64,000 bases of DNA from Bacteroidales bacterium (GCA_049512815.1 JBEKWS010000020.1:13093-77092), one strand, 5' to 3'; counted from the stretch's first letter, positions 50,952 to 62,853 are shown. The notes: a model not told the origin generated them from the letters alone. Numbers and translations are program-made.

Positions 50952-52049
50952 TCAATCCTTTATGTATCCTGCCTCCCGATAATATTTTTCAGCACCGGGA
51001 TGCAGAGGTACACCGAAATTCTTCCAGACAGAGTTCGGATCGTAAGTATATATCCTGATGAACCATTTCAGAGCCCTGTGGTTTACATCAATAGCTTTTG
51101 CCAGATCATAGGCGGCCTGCTCAGGTGTATCATCACGCGCAAAGAAAGATTCTCCTGATCTGCCCAGAGTTTTTATCCGGCGGTTAATGCCCTTTAGCAG
51201 ACTGTGCTGAACCTCGACAAATTCGGCATCCACATTCTGCTGTGCAAGGAGTTTCAACAATTCTTCGGGCAATTCAAAAAAATACAGATCGAATTTCTGA
51301 CTTAAGGTTGTCCATGAGGAAGATTCGGGATTTAAAGAAGGACTTGCCAGAAAGCCGGAAACTATATCAAAATCTCCTTTTAAGGCTTCTTCCATGGTAA
51401 CCCCTATTTTTCCTCCCCAGGCTTTAATATCATCTGCAGATATACCATAATATTTCAGAATGGTCATCATATTGTTATCGGCACCCATAATTCTTACTGA
51501 CTGCTGCATTTGTTTTATTCGGGCAAAATCTCTAATTCCCGATTCTTTTCTGGATGCCACCAGAAAATAGAACGGATCCTCGATTTTTGCTATCAGGCGT
51601 AGATTGCGAAAGGGTTCTTTGTTACCCGGAGTCCCATTGTAAGCTGAGCTCAGCATGGCACTTGAAGTTACACCAAAATCAACACGGGCATTTATACGGA
51701 CATTAGTGCCATCTCCAAGATTTATTTCATCAAGTGGTGGCGGAAAGTCATGTGTCGAGACCAGACGCGGATCATACGACCTGTTGCAGTTACGGCAAAG
51801 AATAACTGAATAGCCATATGGTTCCATTGCTTTTTTAACGTAATCTCCAAGTTCTCCCCAGGGACATCCGCTCTCGCATGCTGCAGCCATCACCGGCCTT
51901 TTAACATCCCAGCCGGTTTTACCGACATCAATGGTTTCCTGAGCATGGATCAGATTTTCCGGTAGAAATATTGCAGTTAAAAAAATTACAGCAATTATAC
52001 TGCCAATTTTTGCAGCCAGTTTTGATGATGATGTTTTCATTTTAAACAC
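50952..52049 (-). CDS. TAXI-like (TRAP-type) periplasmic solute-binding protein homologue, orphan
   Basis: A 365-aa protein with an N-terminal anchor/signal. The C-terminus ..GVPLHPGAEKYYREAGYI.. is typical of TAXI-family binding proteins, but the N-terminal Gly-rich TAXI motif was not seen. No TRAP membrane genes are nearby. Confidence 0.5.
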   Translation of the reverse strand: MFKMKTSSSKLAAKIGSIIAVIFLTAIFLPENLIHAQETIDVGKTGWDVKRPVMAAACESGCPWGELGDYVKKAMEPYGYSVILCRNCNRSYDPRLVSTHDFPPPLDEINLGDGTNVRINARVDFGVTSSAMLSSAYNGTPGNKEPFRNLRLIAKIEDPFYFLVASRKESGIRDFARIKQMQQSVRIMGADNNMMTILKYYGISADDIKAWGGKIGVTMEEALKGDFDIVSGFLASPSLNPESSSWTTLSQKFDLYFFELPEELLKLLAQQNVDAEFVEVQHSLLKGINRRIKTLGRSGESFFARDDTPEQAAYDLAKAIDVNHRALKWFIRIYTYDPNSVWKNFGVPLHPGAEKYYREAGYIKD

Positions 52050-52227
52050 AAATATAGAAAAGTCTCACAAAGACAATTACACAAAGATAATTATTATGAA
52101 TGCAACGAACTCAGCAGAGATATTCTAAGATCAAACTATCTTCCCAGCCTTCCCCAACCCTACCCTTAATACACATTTGGTTGGTAACTCGAAATTATAC
52201 AATTGATATGTTACTGTAATATGACAA

Positions 52228-52419
52228 GGAGATCCTTCGCTTCGCTCAGGATGACATGAATATCAGGTGGTTATGGCGTGGTATAAGTGGCGATTCGCAA
52301 CACTGATTATCATTAAAAAAAGACATGACTTTGCGAATCGCCACTTCTGCCACCCCTCCCATTATGTCTCCAAATGAGCTGTCATCCCTGTCCGCACGGC
52401 TGGCGGACTCGGGATCTCC
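52228..52419. repeat. ~190-bp nested-palindrome (long imperfect hairpin) element, MITE/REP-like
   Basis: The outer arms are ggagatcc (52228-35) / ggatctcc (52412-19). The second tier is aggatgaca (52249-57) / tgtcatcc (52380-87). A third tier is ggtgg/ccacc. The core is a perfect 16-bp stem aagtggcgattcgcaa (52285-52300) / ttgcgaatcgccactt (52331-52346). Confidence 0.8.
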
Positions 52420-52436
52420 CAGAACCATCTACTGAT

Positions 52437-52640
52437 TTAATAGAGGTATAAGTTGTCATAATAGCAGGAGTGCAAAAAATATTTTAAATAAACCCCCGGA
52501 ATTCCGAGCGGAGCAAATTTCCCCAGGGCAAGAATATACTTATCTTTGAAAAAATGATTAAGGACAAATGAGGCTAATAGAATTACCCATAAAAAAGTCA
52601 ATCCTATTGTTGCTATTATCTTAAGAGTTTTTCTCTTCAT
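52437..52640 (-). CDS. Small hypothetical membrane protein
   Basis: A 67-aa ORF with one or two hydrophobic helices. I recognised no family. It lies in the AT-rich block. Confidence 0.35.
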   Translation of the reverse strand: MKRKTLKIIATIGLTFLWVILLASFVLNHFFKDKYILALGKFAPLGIPGVYLKYFLHSCYYDNLYLY

Positions 52641-52669
52641 GAAAATTCCTCCTACAAAATTTAAGTTAA

Positions 52670-53170
52670 TTATTTCTTATCATATTCAGCAATCGGGGAA
52701 GGCTTTCCTAGATACATTTTCATATTAAATTTGTATGTTGTAGCATTTTCTACATTATGAATTTCACCATAAGTATGAGCATATTTGGCAATATTAGTAA
52801 AAACTATCCTTACTGGGATAACCATGCCTTCTTTAATTGAGACTGAAATGGGTTGACTAAAGTCACTCAGACCAACATAAAAGGTATATTTTCCCGGACT
52901 TTTTGAGAGTCTTAAACCGACCTTATCTCCGAATATCAATTTAGAAGCAGTTACCCATCCTTCAGGAGGTGAGTCCTTAGTAGGATTAGCAACAGTATAA
53001 ACTGGAAATGAAAAACCTATATTACCTTCACTCTTTAGATAATAAAATTCAACATATCCCTTTGGGCTTCCCTCCGCAACTCTGTCAATTTTTCTGATTG
53101 GTGCACAACCTGCAAGAATTGAAATAAAAATCAAGTAGGCTAACGAATAAATTAATTTAATTTTTATCAT
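52670..53170 (-). CDS. Hypothetical lipoprotein
   Basis: A 166-aa ORF with a signal peptide and lipobox (..ISILAGC). I recognised no family. Confidence 0.55.
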   Translation of the reverse strand: MIKIKLIYSLAYLIFISILAGCAPIRKIDRVAEGSPKGYVEFYYLKSEGNIGFSFPVYTVANPTKDSPPEGWVTASKLIFGDKVGLRLSKSPGKYTFYVGLSDFSQPISVSIKEGMVIPVRIVFTNIAKYAHTYGEIHNVENATTYKFNMKMYLGKPSPIAEYDKK

Positions 53171-53275
53171 AATTTTAAAGAATTTAATTAGTAATTGAAA
53201 TTAATTATTTTTTATTTATTTTATCATAAAATTGATTATATATTGTTCTGCCTAAATGCAGACTATAATTGGCAA

Positions 53276-53333
53276 AAGAAAAAACCCCCGAAGATTGAAT
53301 TGGATTATTAAATGGTTATGCGATGGGGGTTTT
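53276..53333 (-). terminator. Possible terminator hairpin downstream of the SPFH fragment
   Basis: aaaaccccc (53281-89) pairs with gggggtttt (53325-33) around a long loop. On the minus strand it is followed by a T-rich run. Confidence 0.35.
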
Positions 53334-53356
53334 AAATAAATCAGTTTTATCTTTTC

Positions 53357-53629
53357 TTAATTTTTATCAGAATTAAATATCATTGGCAAACCATCTTTGG
53401 AAGATCCAATGATAATAACTTTTGTATTTGGAGATTCTGCTACCTTGAGTGTTGCTTCAATTCCTTTCCATTCAAGAAGTTGTGGGCTAATTCCCTGTGA
53501 AACTATCTGTTGAAAATTATGAATTCCTCCTGCCTCAATACTCTTTCTATTTGCTTCCTGCTTTTCTTTTAAAAGTACAAATTCCATTTTCTTTGCCTCT
53601 AGCTCCATGGATAATTTCTCTTGCACACG
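53357..53629 (-). pseudogene. 5'-truncated SPFH/band-7 (prohibitin/HflC-like) gene fragment, C-terminal ~90 codons only
   Basis: The translation ..ELEAKKMEFVLLKEKQEANRKSIEAGGIHNFQQIVSQGISPQLLEWKGIEATLKVAESPNTKVIIIG.. matches only the C-terminal coiled-coil and tail of SPFH proteins. The frame opens at a stop codon at 53630-53632, exactly where the opposite-strand S11 homology starts. Confidence 0.5.
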
Positions 53630-53946
53630 TTACTGATGCTTCTGGGAGAACTATTGCAAAAGTTTCAGGTGGAATGGTTACAAAACACAGCAGACTTAAA
53701 GCAAATCCAACAATTGCAATGTTTATTGCGAAAAGAATTTCTGAAAATATGAAAGAAAAAGGAATAAAATCTTTGTATGTGAGAATACGTGCAAAAACCG
53801 GGAGTACTGGCCCCGGACCAGGTGCTAATGCAATAATAAAAAGTCTGTCAAGAGAAGGGTTTAAAATAATAAATATTTTGGATACTACAAGGGTTCCGCG
53901 TGGTGTACCAAAGAAACAAGGCGGAAGAAGAGGTAGAAGAGTATAA
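53623..53946 (+). pseudogene. rps11: 5'-truncated archaeal-type ribosomal protein uS11 gene
   Basis: The translation is ..AHVTDASGRTIAKVSGGMVTKHSRLKANPTIAMFIAKRISENMKEKGIKSLYVRIRAKTGSTGPGPGANAIIKSLSREGFKIINILDTTRVPRGVPKKQGGRRGRRV. The SGGM.(V/T)K..R..S/NP motif, the inserted GS(T)GPGPGA loop and the GGRRGRRV tail are archaeal/eukaryotic uS11 features. About 20 N-terminal residues are missing. Confidence 0.7.
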
Positions 53947-53989
53947 AAAGGGGTTCTTAAAAAGAACCTACAACAGTAAAAAATAAAAA

Positions 53990-54697
53990 ATGGAAAACAT
54001 AAGCAAAGGAGAAAACAAATTTGTATTCAAAGCTGAAATAGAAGACAGCTTAATTAATTCTATAAGAAGATATGTTGGACAAATACAAATTGCAGCATTT
54101 GATGAAGTTGAAATATCAAAAAACGACTCTCCTCTTTATGATGAAACTATTGCATATAGATTGGGATTGATTACTTTAAAACAAAATGCAAAGAAAGAAG
54201 GAAAATTAAAGTTAAACTCACAAAACAAGGGATATGTTTATTCTGGCTCTCTTAAAGGAGATTTTGATGTTGTTTATGATAAAATGCATATAATTCTTTT
54301 AAGTGAAGGGCAGGAATTAGAGATAGTTGCTAATGTAAAAATGGGAAAAGGACAGGATCATGCTAAATTCTCTCCTGGGATAATGAATTACAGACAGATT
54401 TCAGAAATATAAGTTGATAAAGAAATTGCTGAAAAATTATAAAACACTTTCCCAAACATTGAGATGAAACAAAAAGGTGATAAATACTTGATAGTCGATG
54501 ACAAAGAAAAAGAAGTCACTGATATCTGCGAAGGACTTGCAGAGAAATACGAAAAGAAGATTGAGGTAAAACCAACTGAAGAGATTGTGGTGTATTTGGA
54601 ATCTTTCGGTCAAATTGACGCTAAGAACATATTTACAAAAGCAGTTGAGGCATTGAAAAAAGATATGAGTGAATTAGGAAAGAAATTCAGCAAGTAA
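53990..54697 (+). pseudogene. rpoD: Archaeal-type DNA-directed RNA polymerase subunit D (Rpo3) gene with two in-frame TAA codons
   Basis: The 140-aa ORF (..FKAEIEDSLINSIRRYVGQIQIAAFDEVEISKNDSPLYDETIAYRLGLI..AKFSPG..) and the 77-aa ORF (..IVVYLESFGQIDAKNIFTKAVEALKKDM..) are in the same frame. They are separated only by TAA codons at 54410-12 and 54440-42. Together they span a full-length small RpoD. The gene starts 43 nt after the S11 stop. Confidence 0.65.
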
Positions 54698-54825
54698 GTA
54701 TTTTTTTATAATAGTTATCTAAATATAACCTTTCTATAAGTTTAATATAATCGTTGCACAAGATTATGAAAGAATTTTTCACAATAACTATAACATATGA
54801 AAGTATTTTCATATGTATTTAGCAA

Positions 54826-54859
54826 AAAAAAGGATAACTCACATGGAAAATCCTTTTTT
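54826..54859. terminator. AT-rich hairpin, possible bidirectional terminator
   Basis: aaaaaaggat (54826-35) pairs with atcctttttt (50-59) around a 14-nt loop. A second perfect 10-bp palindrome acatatgaaa/tttcatatgt lies just upstream at 54792-54817. Confidence 0.3.
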
Positions 54860-55459
54860 ATTACACTTTGAGATCATTTAATATTTAGTGGGAGATCTGG
54901 CTATAAGCACTATAAAAGAAATAAGCCCTATAATCAATGAAAGAAGACCAAGAGAAAGGAAAATTAGCCCAATTGTTTTTCCTTGCATATGCCCAACAAA
55001 CCAATATAAAAGGAACATTTCTTAATAAAAATCGCATAACTTACTACCAGCTTCGAGAAATGTTTAAAGGTTGGGAAGGGGGAAACTTGCCTATAAAAAG
55101 TAATAAATTCTTAAGTTTAATAATATGTTACCATTATTGTGAAGAAATACACGGCAGGCAGGTTTGTATACCCGTCCGAACGGTTTCAGCCGGGCGGGCT
55201 TTGTGGTTAAAAAGGACTTTTTCAACAGCCCCATGTATTTTCACATCAATTGTAACATTAAAGAAAAAATCAATCCCCTCTTTTATTATATTCGTAAATG
55301 TCTTGTTAAGAAATGTTAAATTCCAATTAACCAATAAAATCAAAGTATTTATCTTAAAATATTATCCATTATAAGTTAGTTTGAAGTTCCCACTTATGAA
55401 CTAATATAGTAATTTTAATGCCCACAAGTGAAACATTCTATTTATTAACTATCTTAACT

Positions 55460-56698
55460 ATGAAAAAAGCCATCATTATCTATTTGTTTTTAAGTATTCT
55501 GAACCTGGCAGGAGGCACAGGCCTGGAAAAGAAGATTTCCAGATTCGATTTTACCGGACCCCGTGATCCGTCTTTTATAAGAGGTTTCAATTATACACCT
55601 GCCAACGTGGCTTCTCCACGGCATCATATCGATTGCTGGGTGCATTATGACTCAGCAACAATTAAATTTGATCTTGACCTGGCAAAAAGTCTCAATCTAA
55701 ACCAGGTAAGAATTTTTGTTCCCTATGCAGTTTATACAGAGGATATAGAAGCTCTCCCTGCAAAACTGCAACATTTCGTACGCGAATGCCATAAGCGGGG
55801 GATAGGGGTCATGCCTGTTATCGGAAGCGGACCATGGATAAGGGATACATCACTGCGTGTACAGGGAAGAGCATGGGTTCAGTTTCTTGTCAACTCAATA
55901 TCGAACGAACCCGGACTTGCATTCTGGGATGTAATGAATGAGCCTGACTGGCCAATAACTCCCAAAGAGAGAGTTTTGCGTAATTTTGAAAACTGCAAAT
56001 TCATGGCCAAAACCTTTCATGAAATTGACCCGAATACTCCTGTTACTATCGGGATGGCATTTGTAGATGGCATGATTGAACTGGCTGATTATGTGGATGT
56101 ACTGCAATTCCACGATTATATGCAGACCCGCGAACAGATAAGAAACAATATCGCAAGGGCAAAAGAATTTGCAGCAAAAGCTAAAAAGCCATTGATAAAC
56201 GGTGAAATAGGTTGTATTGCGCGTGCCAATCCTTACGATATTACCCTCCAGGAACATATGAATGCAAAAGTAGGATGGTATATTTGGGAACTGATGATTG
56301 TCCGCAAAGGATGGGGACCTGTCCATGGTGTTTTTTATGAAGATGGGAGTGTCAGGGACCCGTCGATTGCAGCTGCAATCATGGGTTTTTTTCGCAAACG
56401 TACTGCCGATATACTTCCGGCAGTTCCAGACAAGGAAGGCTGGGTCACGAAGGTGATAGACCAGAGTGATAAATGGCTTAAAGATCCTGCCGGAACATGG
56501 AAAGACGGATTGGATCTTGCCGAAACCGCCGCCCACCTGCTGGAAGCCGGAGAACTTTCTGCAATGAGAATTCCACCCACTCAGGAGGTTGAGATGCTTC
56601 GTCAGGGGCAAGTCGACCAGAAGGCTCTTAAAGGGCTTATTATAAAATTCAAAGATCAACTTGAACCTTACAAGTTAATCCAGCCGCGTAATAATTGA
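55460..56698 (+). CDS. Clan GH-A (beta/alpha)8 glycoside hydrolase (GH5-like), secreted
   Basis: The acid/base motif is ..AFWDVMNEPDWP.. and the nucleophile region is ..PLINGEIGC... The signal peptide is MKKAIIIYLFLSILNLAGG. The start was moved to the ATG at 55460. Confidence 0.7.
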   Translation: MKKAIIIYLFLSILNLAGGTGLEKKISRFDFTGPRDPSFIRGFNYTPANVASPRHHIDCWVHYDSATIKFDLDLAKSLNLNQVRIFVPYAVYTEDIEALPAKLQHFVRECHKRGIGVMPVIGSGPWIRDTSLRVQGRAWVQFLVNSISNEPGLAFWDVMNEPDWPITPKERVLRNFENCKFMAKTFHEIDPNTPVTIGMAFVDGMIELADYVDVLQFHDYMQTREQIRNNIARAKEFAAKAKKPLINGEIGCIARANPYDITLQEHMNAKVGWYIWELMIVRKGWGPVHGVFYEDGSVRDPSIAAAIMGFFRKRTADILPAVPDKEGWVTKVIDQSDKWLKDPAGTWKDGLDLAETAAHLLEAGELSAMRIPPTQEVEMLRQGQVDQKALKGLIIKFKDQLEPYKLIQPRNN

Positions 56699-56911
56699 TT
56701 TGTTATGTGCACTTGAACCATATCTTTTAAGATTTTACGACCAAATATTTCCGAAACTAACTTCTAGACACGATTTATTTTTCTCTTTTAATATTCAGTC
56801 ACTATTTGCGTTAAATTTAAACTTTACTTCAATAATTAATTATGACTTTTGCCTTCATCATAATTCAAATTATCTATTGTTTGTTTATCTAACTCTAAAG
56901 GACCTTTTACT

Positions 56912-57358
56912 ATGAAAAAAGCTTTAACATTTTTATCGATTATGCTGTTTACAGTAAATCATCTTTGCTCAGGACAAACGACTGAATATCCGCCTGATTC
57001 AAAGCCGGCATCTACAAATATTCAGAATGGCCAATATCCGCGAGTAACTTCTGATCTCAGGGCAATTTTCAGGGTCAAAGGTACTGATGCCCAAAAAGTG
57101 CAGATTCAGCTTGGGAAGACTTATGATATGGTAAAGGATGATCAGGACTTCTGGACGGTTACTACCGATCCGCTTGTGCCGGGATTTCACTATTACTCCC
57201 TTGTTATCGATGGGATGAAGGTCTCCGATCCTGCCAGTGAAATTCTTAAAAAGGCAGGTATAAATAATGTAGTATTTTATCAATCTCCGGGAACAGCTCA
57301 CGAATGGCTTACCTGGAGAAGATCTTTATACCAGTTTGCACAGCTTCTGTTCAAGTAA
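56912..57358 (+). CDS. Internally deleted CE1-type esterase paralogue: signal peptide + Ig-like N-domain fused in frame to the last ~35 residues
   Basis: The 148-aa product aligns with the N-terminal ~110 aa of the 61622-62785 product (..PADSKPA.TN....YPR..S.LR.IFRV....AQKVQ..LG..YDM.K.D...[18 protein letters not shown]...SDP.SE). It then jumps directly to ..[26 protein letters not shown]. The alpha/beta-hydrolase core, including GLSMGG, is absent. Confidence 0.7.
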   Translation: MKKALTFLSIMLFTVNHLCSGQTTEYPPDSKPASTNIQNGQYPRVTSDLRAIFRVKGTDAQKVQIQLGKTYDMVKDDQDFWTVTTDPLVPGFHYYSLVIDGMKVSDPASEILKKAGINNVVFYQSPGTAHEWLTWRRSLYQFAQLLFK

Positions 57359-57535
57359 GAAACTAGCATATGTCGATCACCTTAGAACTTAATCCTTACT
57401 ATATTTGGTGATCTTACTCATTATCGCCAGGGATCTTCAGACATTAGGGCTCAATATGCCTGAAGACTCCAGGTTATTTATATTAAGGTATATCACAAAA
57501 AGCTCTAACTGAATTATTGTAATTTAATAAGTACC

Positions 57536-58993
57536 ATGAGAACCAATCCATCCAGGAAAATTCATTTTGTATTTTCATTATTCTTGTTGATATTCTTCTG
57601 CCCATTTATAAGCGCCAGGGAAGATCAAAAGAGCAGGGTAATTATACTGACAGATATTGAGGCTGATCCTGACGATACTCAATCCTTGATCCGATTACTA
57701 TTATATTCCAATGTTATAGACATTAAGGGATTAATTGCCACCACTTCTACGCATCAAAAAACCGAAGTTCACCCTGAGTCTATTCAGAGAGTTATCCGAA
57801 CTTATGGTAAGGTCCAGGCGAACCTTAACAGACATGAAGAAGGTTTCCCTGATGCTAACTCGCTTTTACTACTTGTAAAGCAGGGCTTGCCGGAATATGG
57901 AATGAACGGAGTTGGAGATGGGAAAGACTCTGAAGGTTCGGAATGGATTTTAAAAGTCATTGAAGAAAATGATGATCGGCCGGTATGGATATGCGTTTGG
58001 GGAGGCCCCAATACTCTTGCTCAGGCATTGTATAAAATCAGAAAGACAAGAAATGATACAGAGGTTCGGAAGTTAATTGCCAAACTAAGGGTTTATTCAA
58101 TTTCCGATCAGGATGACAGCGGCATCTGGATGAGGAAAAATTTTCCGGATCTGTTCTATATTGTGAGCCCGGGTGGTTACGGAAGCTCAACATGGAATGC
58201 AATTCATCTGTTCTTTCCGGGAATAAATAATGAAATAATAAGCAATCGCTGGCTGGCACAAAATATTCAACAAAATCATGGTCCTCTTGGTGCCATTTAT
58301 CCTGATGTAGCTTATGGGATGGAAGGGGATACGCCATCCTGGTTTCCATTAATTCCAAATGGATTGAACAATCCGGAACATGCCAACTGGGGTGGCTGGG
58401 GAGGCCGTTATGAACTGTACCGGCCTGAATATTCATCGCTGGATACTGCAGGATTCACAGGTGGTGTACCTGTTGAGCCAGAACCACGGGCAATTTGGAC
58501 TAATGCGGTCGACAGATTTGTACCGTATGTATTTAATGAATATGGACGGGCTATCCGAAGGGATACGGTAACTTTCAATAATAATAAGGCTACTTTATTT
58601 CGCTGGAGAGAAGATTTTCAGAATGATTTTGCCGCCAGAATGGACTGGACCACTAAACCATATCAGGAATGCAACCATCCGCCGGTTCCTGCTTTGGGTC
58701 ATCCTGACCAGATAACCGTAAAATCAGGTGAAATTTTCAGGCTGGATGCAAGTGGTACCACTGATCCAGATGGGGATAATTTAAGTTACTTATGGTTTCA
58801 GTATCCGGAAGCTGGCTCTTATAAGAAAACAATACGATTTGACCTGGCAGAAAACCTTTATAGGATTTTTTATATAAAAGCTCCGGTGGTTGATAAAAAT
58901 GAAACTGTCCATTTCATCTTAAGAGTCACCGATAAGGGGACGCCACCATTAACAAGATATAAGCGGGTAATAGTGAATATAATGCCAAAATAA
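57536..58993 (+). CDS. DUF1593 protein (nucleoside-hydrolase-like N-domain + Ig-like C-domain), secreted
   Basis: A 485-aa protein with ..RVIILTDIEADPDDTQSLIRLLLYSNVIDIKGLIATTS.. and a C-terminal ..CNHPPVP..DASGTTDPDGDNLSYLWFQYPEAG... Confidence 0.7.
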   Translation: MRTNPSRKIHFVFSLFLLIFFCPFISAREDQKSRVIILTDIEADPDDTQSLIRLLLYSNVIDIKGLIATTSTHQKTEVHPESIQRVIRTYGKVQANLNRHEEGFPDANSLLLLVKQGLPEYGMNGVGDGKDSEGSEWILKVIEENDDRPVWICVWGGPNTLAQALYKIRKTRNDTEVRKLIAKLRVYSISDQDDSGIWMRKNFPDLFYIVSPGGYGSSTWNAIHLFFPGINNEIISNRWLAQNIQQNHGPLGAIYPDVAYGMEGDTPSWFPLIPNGLNNPEHANWGGWGGRYELYRPEYSSLDTAGFTGGVPVEPEPRAIWTNAVDRFVPYVFNEYGRAIRRDTVTFNNNKATLFRWREDFQNDFAARMDWTTKPYQECNHPPVPALGHPDQITVKSGEIFRLDASGTTDPDGDNLSYLWFQYPEAGSYKKTIRFDLAENLYRIFYIKAPVVDKNETVHFILRVTDKGTPPLTRYKRVIVNIMPK

Positions 58994-59114
58994 ATACTAT
59001 TTTTCCCAATATGATTGGAACTTTCCATATACTATATTAATATGCAATATCTGTTTCAGGATTGAAAAATGAAAACAATAATAGTTATATTGACAACTTT
59101 ACTAAAATTTTTGA

Positions 59115-60338
<1,224 letters not shown>

Positions 60339-60403
60339 ACATTTGGATGAATAAAACAGATTACTTTTTGTTTATAGAGAATTTTGATAAGAACATTTAA
60401 TAA

Positions 60404-61600
<1,197 letters not shown>

Positions 61601-61621
61601 CATATACTTAAATATTAGTAA

Positions 61622-62785
<1,164 letters not shown>

Positions 62786-62853
62786 CCATATTCTTCAGGC
62801 AATAAGTCCCTTAAGAAAAAAGTTCTTCCAGATATAATTTATTATTAAACAAC

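Noticed and set aside
52246-52428. A 60-aa ORF on the minus strand.
   Set aside because: It is entirely made of the nested-palindrome repeat. Such repeats commonly generate spurious ORFs.
29535-54442. The idea that in-frame TAA/TGA codons in three unrelated genes (IS4 transposase, IS982 transposase, archaeal rpoD) indicate stop-codon reassignment.
   Set aside because: All ~45 well-conserved genes in the window end at TAA, TGA or TAG at the lengths expected for their families. The affected genes are mobile-element or foreign fragments that are expected to decay, and the IS982 relic has several different stop codons. Pseudogenisation is the simpler explanation.
55171-55198. A GC-rich hairpin cccgtccg..cgggcggg in AT-rich surroundings. 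Its first 13 nt (cccgtccgaacgg) resemble ccctgtccgcacgg in the right arm of the palindromic element at 52386-52399, so it might be a second boundary repeat of an inserted element.
   Set aside because: It is only an 11-of-13 match that I found post hoc, which is compatible with chance. No second full copy of the palindromic element is present. It is kept as a note for a proper repeat search.
54878-55374. Small ORFs at the right end of the AT-rich block: a 46-codon hydrophobic minus-strand ORF (54878-55018), 54937-55374 (+) and 55134-55343 (-).
   Set aside because: I recognised no family motif. They are overlapping, mutually exclusive frames in AT-rich sequence. They could be further gene debris, but I cannot support a call.
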